NCBI GenBank assembly: GCA_002457605.1
Contig: NTJT01000002.1
Span: 10,850 to 74,849, forward strand
DNA from: Marine Group II euryarchaeote MED-G34
GTDB lineage: Archaea > Thermoplasmatota > Poseidoniia > Poseidoniales > Thalassarchaeaceae
DNA: 64,000 bases
Direction: 5' to 3'
Position 1 is the first letter of the stretch; each line of letters starts with the position of its first letter. The translations under genes and the position numbers were made by a program. Shown here piece after piece: positions 61,815-64,000 of this stretch. Below the pieces are notes generated by a model that searched no databases, was not told the DNA's origin, and was given only the letters and a program-made list of their open reading frames with translations.

Positions 61815-62038
61815 ACGGTGTCGTCAGCCACTATTCTGATGGCTCCATCATCGTACGAGATGTGGATGTTATCTCGAACCTTCAGAGTCAGTGCAGCCAA
61901 GGCCTCATACACCTCTTTCTCTGAGACTCCGAAGGCGTCCGATGCTCTCTTTGTTGACCATGGAACCTCGATGAAGTCGGAGGACGAAATCCACTTGAGC
62001 AGCCGCAATTCGAACTCTGTAAGGTCCTCGAATGACAT
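61811..62038 (-). CDS. Small hypothetical protein, possible HTH
   Basis: 75 aa from ATG 62038 (MSFEDLTEFELRLLKWIS...ASDAFGVSEKEVYEALAAL...). Its stop overlaps the convergent permease stop by 4 nt. No family recognised. Confidence 0.4.
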   Translation of the reverse strand: MSFEDLTEFELRLLKWISSSDFIEVPWSTKRASDAFGVSEKEVYEALAALTLKVRDNIHISYDDGAIRIVADDTV

Positions 62039-62086
62039 CTTCTTCGACCTCCGAGAGTGCAACCGGGCAATCAATCCTTGCCGAAC

Positions 62087-63094
62087 TCATCCCTCATAGG
62101 AGTCGACCATTTGACGAATGGCCTCTTTGACCTCTAGTTCGCCATCCAGCAACCCTCCTAGTGCAGTTAGGAATGGAATATCTACCCCGAGTCTATGGGC
62201 TCGATTGTTGAACATCCGGCATGCACGCACGCCTTCAGCAACCATATGCATCTCTCCTTGCGATTCTTCTAGGGAAAGTCCGGAACCAAGCTTCTCTCCC
62301 AGCGTCCGGTTTCTACTCCGAGGACTCGTCGCGGTTACGTACAGGTCGCCTATTCCTGCGGGACCGAAAGCAGTCCCGGACTCTGCTCCCATCGCGTCTA
62401 GCAGCATGATGCCCTCGTTGAAACCCGAAAGCACCAGAGCAGCCTTGAGATTGTCTCCACCATCGGCATGCAGTCCGTCGACCAACCCACAAGCGAGTGC
62501 GACCGTATTCTTGTACGCGCCCCAGAGCTCAGCACCCATTGGATCGTCAGCGGCCTTGAGCAGCAGATTTCTGGTGGATAGCCGCTCTGCGATACGGTCG
62601 GCGACACTGCGGTCGTGACAGGCCACCAGAGCTGTCGTCATCACACCTCGAGCGACCTCGGGAGCGATTGTGGGGCCGGTCATTACGATTACCGGATTGG
62701 ACTTACCAGCCTCCTCAAGCCTTCTCTCTATGGCATCGGATATCATGCCCGAACCGCCTTCATCTGAGGGGGCAAGGCCCTTGGCCAGATCAAGCAGGAC
62801 GTGAGAGGGTCTGAGATGGGGAATCAGATCGTCAACCACAGAGAGAATGACTCCACTAGGTAGGGCGAGCACAAGGATCTCACAATCAGAGGTGATATCG
62901 GATATCTGCATTGTCACTTGCATCTTAGGGAGTTCATATCCGGGCAAGTACTTGTGATTCACACCATCAGTCATCATCGACTCATAGACCTCATCCTCGA
63001 TGGTCCACCCGAGGACATTGTGCCCATCCTCGCACCAGACATATCCTAGGGCGGTACCCCAGTTGCCCAGTCCGAGTATGCCTATCCGTGCCAT
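62087..63094 (-). CDS. gpsA: NAD(P)H-dependent sn-glycerol-3-phosphate dehydrogenase
   Basis: 335 aa. N-terminal IGILGLGNWGTALG dinucleotide fold. LAKG, GPTIAPEVA, YKNTVALACGLVDGL and NRTLGEKLG blocks typical of bacterial GpsA. Confidence 0.92.
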   Translation of the reverse strand: MARIGILGLGNWGTALGYVWCEDGHNVLGWTIEDEVYESMMTDGVNHKYLPGYELPKMQVTMQISDITSDCEILVLALPSGVILSVVDDLIPHLRPSHVLLDLAKGLAPSDEGGSGMISDAIERRLEEAGKSNPVIVMTGPTIAPEVARGVMTTALVACHDRSVADRIAERLSTRNLLLKAADDPMGAELWGAYKNTVALACGLVDGLHADGGDNLKAALVLSGFNEGIMLLDAMGAESGTAFGPAGIGDLYVTATSPRSRNRTLGEKLGSGLSLEESQGEMHMVAEGVRACRMFNNRAHRLGVDIPFLTALGGLLDGELEVKEAIRQMVDSYEG

Positions 63095-63195
63095 ATTCGT
63101 CGAACTTCGGGCCCGACATACCCGTTATGACCCTATGGGGAAGCAGATAACGGAGGCGTTGCCTTATTGACGGAAATACTCCCGTACCAGTACGA

Positions 63196-63280
63196 GCAGG
63201 GGTACCCGAGTGGTCAAAGGGGCTGGGTTTAGGTCCCAGTGCGTAGTGCTTCGCAGGTTCAAATCCTGTCCCCTGCACCA
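63196..63280 (+). tRNA. tRNA-Leu (UAG), long variable arm, CCA encoded
   Basis: GCAGGGG acceptor paired with CCCCTGC. Anticodon stem-loop CTGGG-TTTAGGT-CCCAG. Variable arm TGCGTAGTGCTTCGCA. T arm GGTTCAAATCC. Confidence 0.92.
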
Positions 63281-63356
63281 CTATCTGGTCCAGCAGCGCC
63301 CATCGAATTCATGTTCGCCATTCTGAAATACGGGATGTCATTCGTCAGTAATCCAA

Positions 63357-63441
63357 GCAGGGGTTCCCGAGCGGTCAAAGGGGCAGCGTTCAGGTCGCTG
63401 TGCGTAGTGCTTCGCAGGTTCGAATCCTGTCCCCTGCACCA
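63357..63441 (+). tRNA. tRNA-Leu (CAG), long variable arm, CCA encoded
   Basis: Same acceptor stem and variable arm as the upstream tRNA-Leu. Anticodon stem-loop CAGCG-TTCAGGT-CGCTG. Confidence 0.92.
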
Positions 63442-63527
63442 TCTTCTCCTCACGGCGGCAGAACACTTTCCCGGAGTCGCCCCCTCCGTCGCCCGTGGAG
63501 GGGCAGAGTACCCAGCAGACGCAGGAC

Positions 63528-64000
63528 ATGTCGCAGCTCAAACTGGCTTCCATCATCATTGCTGGAATCGTGGTTATGGCTGGACTGGGCGGTGCGATAT
63601 TCTTCCTAGGAGTCAGAGGCTTAATCGACGCCGCTGAGGAGGAGTTCCAGAACGAATTGTCCGAAGGCCCCCCGCCCAGCCTCCCCCAAGCGACGTGGGT
63701 CGTCGACGACATCGAGACGCTCGCGGACTTCGGCTACCGCAAGATCGACACCGTAGCTCACGCCAACGCCGGCGACTTCATCCAATTCAGGCTCGAGGAC
63801 CTCGACTACGAGGTCGAGATCCAGAATTTCACAACGGAGCTGTGTGAGGACTGCCGCAACTACGTCGCGACCATGGAGGGCGAGAATCCAGACTCTTGGA
63901 TAGTCGTTGGCGGCCATTACGATGCGATCTGCTACAGCCAGCAAGTCATCATCGGCATAGAGTACCCCGGATGCACCTCTGAGGGGGCGTACGACGATGC
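63528..64000 (+). CDS. M28-family metallopeptidase, N-terminal part (runs off the window end), membrane-anchored
   Basis: Open frame from ATG 63528 with no stop to 64000, so not in the ORF track. MSQLKLASIIIAGIVVMAGLGGAIFFLGV TM, then ...SWIVVGGHYDA... and ...GAYDD at the window end, resembling M28 metal-ligand blocks. Confidence 0.6.
   Translation, partial: MSQLKLASIIIAGIVVMAGLGGAIFFLGVRGLIDAAEEEFQNELSEGPPPSLPQATWVVDDIETLADFGYRKIDTVAHANAGDFIQFRLEDLDYEVEIQNFTTELCEDCRNYVATMEGENPDSWIVVGGHYDAICYSQQVIIGIEYPGCTSEGAYDD

Noticed and set aside
63239-63712. ORFs 63239..63637(+), 63259..63453(-), 63338..63712(-) and 63400..63609(+)
   Set aside because: They run through the two tRNA-Leu genes and/or overlap the better-supported open-ended M28 peptidase frame starting at 63528.

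Overview
Gene-dense chromosomal segment of an archaeon: about 50 protein genes, 4 tRNAs, short intergenic spacers and several 4-8 nt gene overlaps. I found no rRNA, CRISPR array, transposase/integrase or clear pseudogene. Archaeal identity rests on RadA, a Hel308/Ski2-type helicase, RNA polymerase subunit K (Rpo6), a Cgi121-like KEOPS subunit, a Gar1-like protein, an NFACT/RqcH homologue, and an initiator tRNA-Met and a tRNA-Gln that both have an A1:U72 pair. Metabolic content points to an aerobic heterotroph: heme O and heme A synthases, aconitase, two-subunit 2-oxoacid:ferredoxin oxidoreductase, bacterial-type thiolase, tryptophan 2,3-dioxygenase, SAH hydrolase and several peptidases. Three very acidic cell-surface proteins are present (834, about 1261 and about 2140 aa). 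This combination, plus a bacterial-type gpsA, fits an uncultured marine planktonic euryarchaeote (Marine Group II/Poseidoniales-like); that placement is inference only. Two loci deserve the most follow-up. (1) 56132..57052(-) encodes a Gar1-like barrel fused to RGG boxes and three RanBP2-type zinc fingers. Part of it is built from a near-identical 171-bp tandem duplication, and it sits in a tightly packed three-gene string. (2) 59115..61814(+) encodes a lipoprotein substrate-binding protein that is a single-lobe transferrin homologue retaining the Asp/Tyr/Tyr/His iron ligands and the carbonate-anchor motif. It is coupled to a PhnC/PhnE-type ABC transporter and preceded by two copies of a TTTAGG-N4-CCTAAA palindrome whose + strand loops are GNRA tetraloops. 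All functional calls come from reading motifs in the translations. No database search was run.
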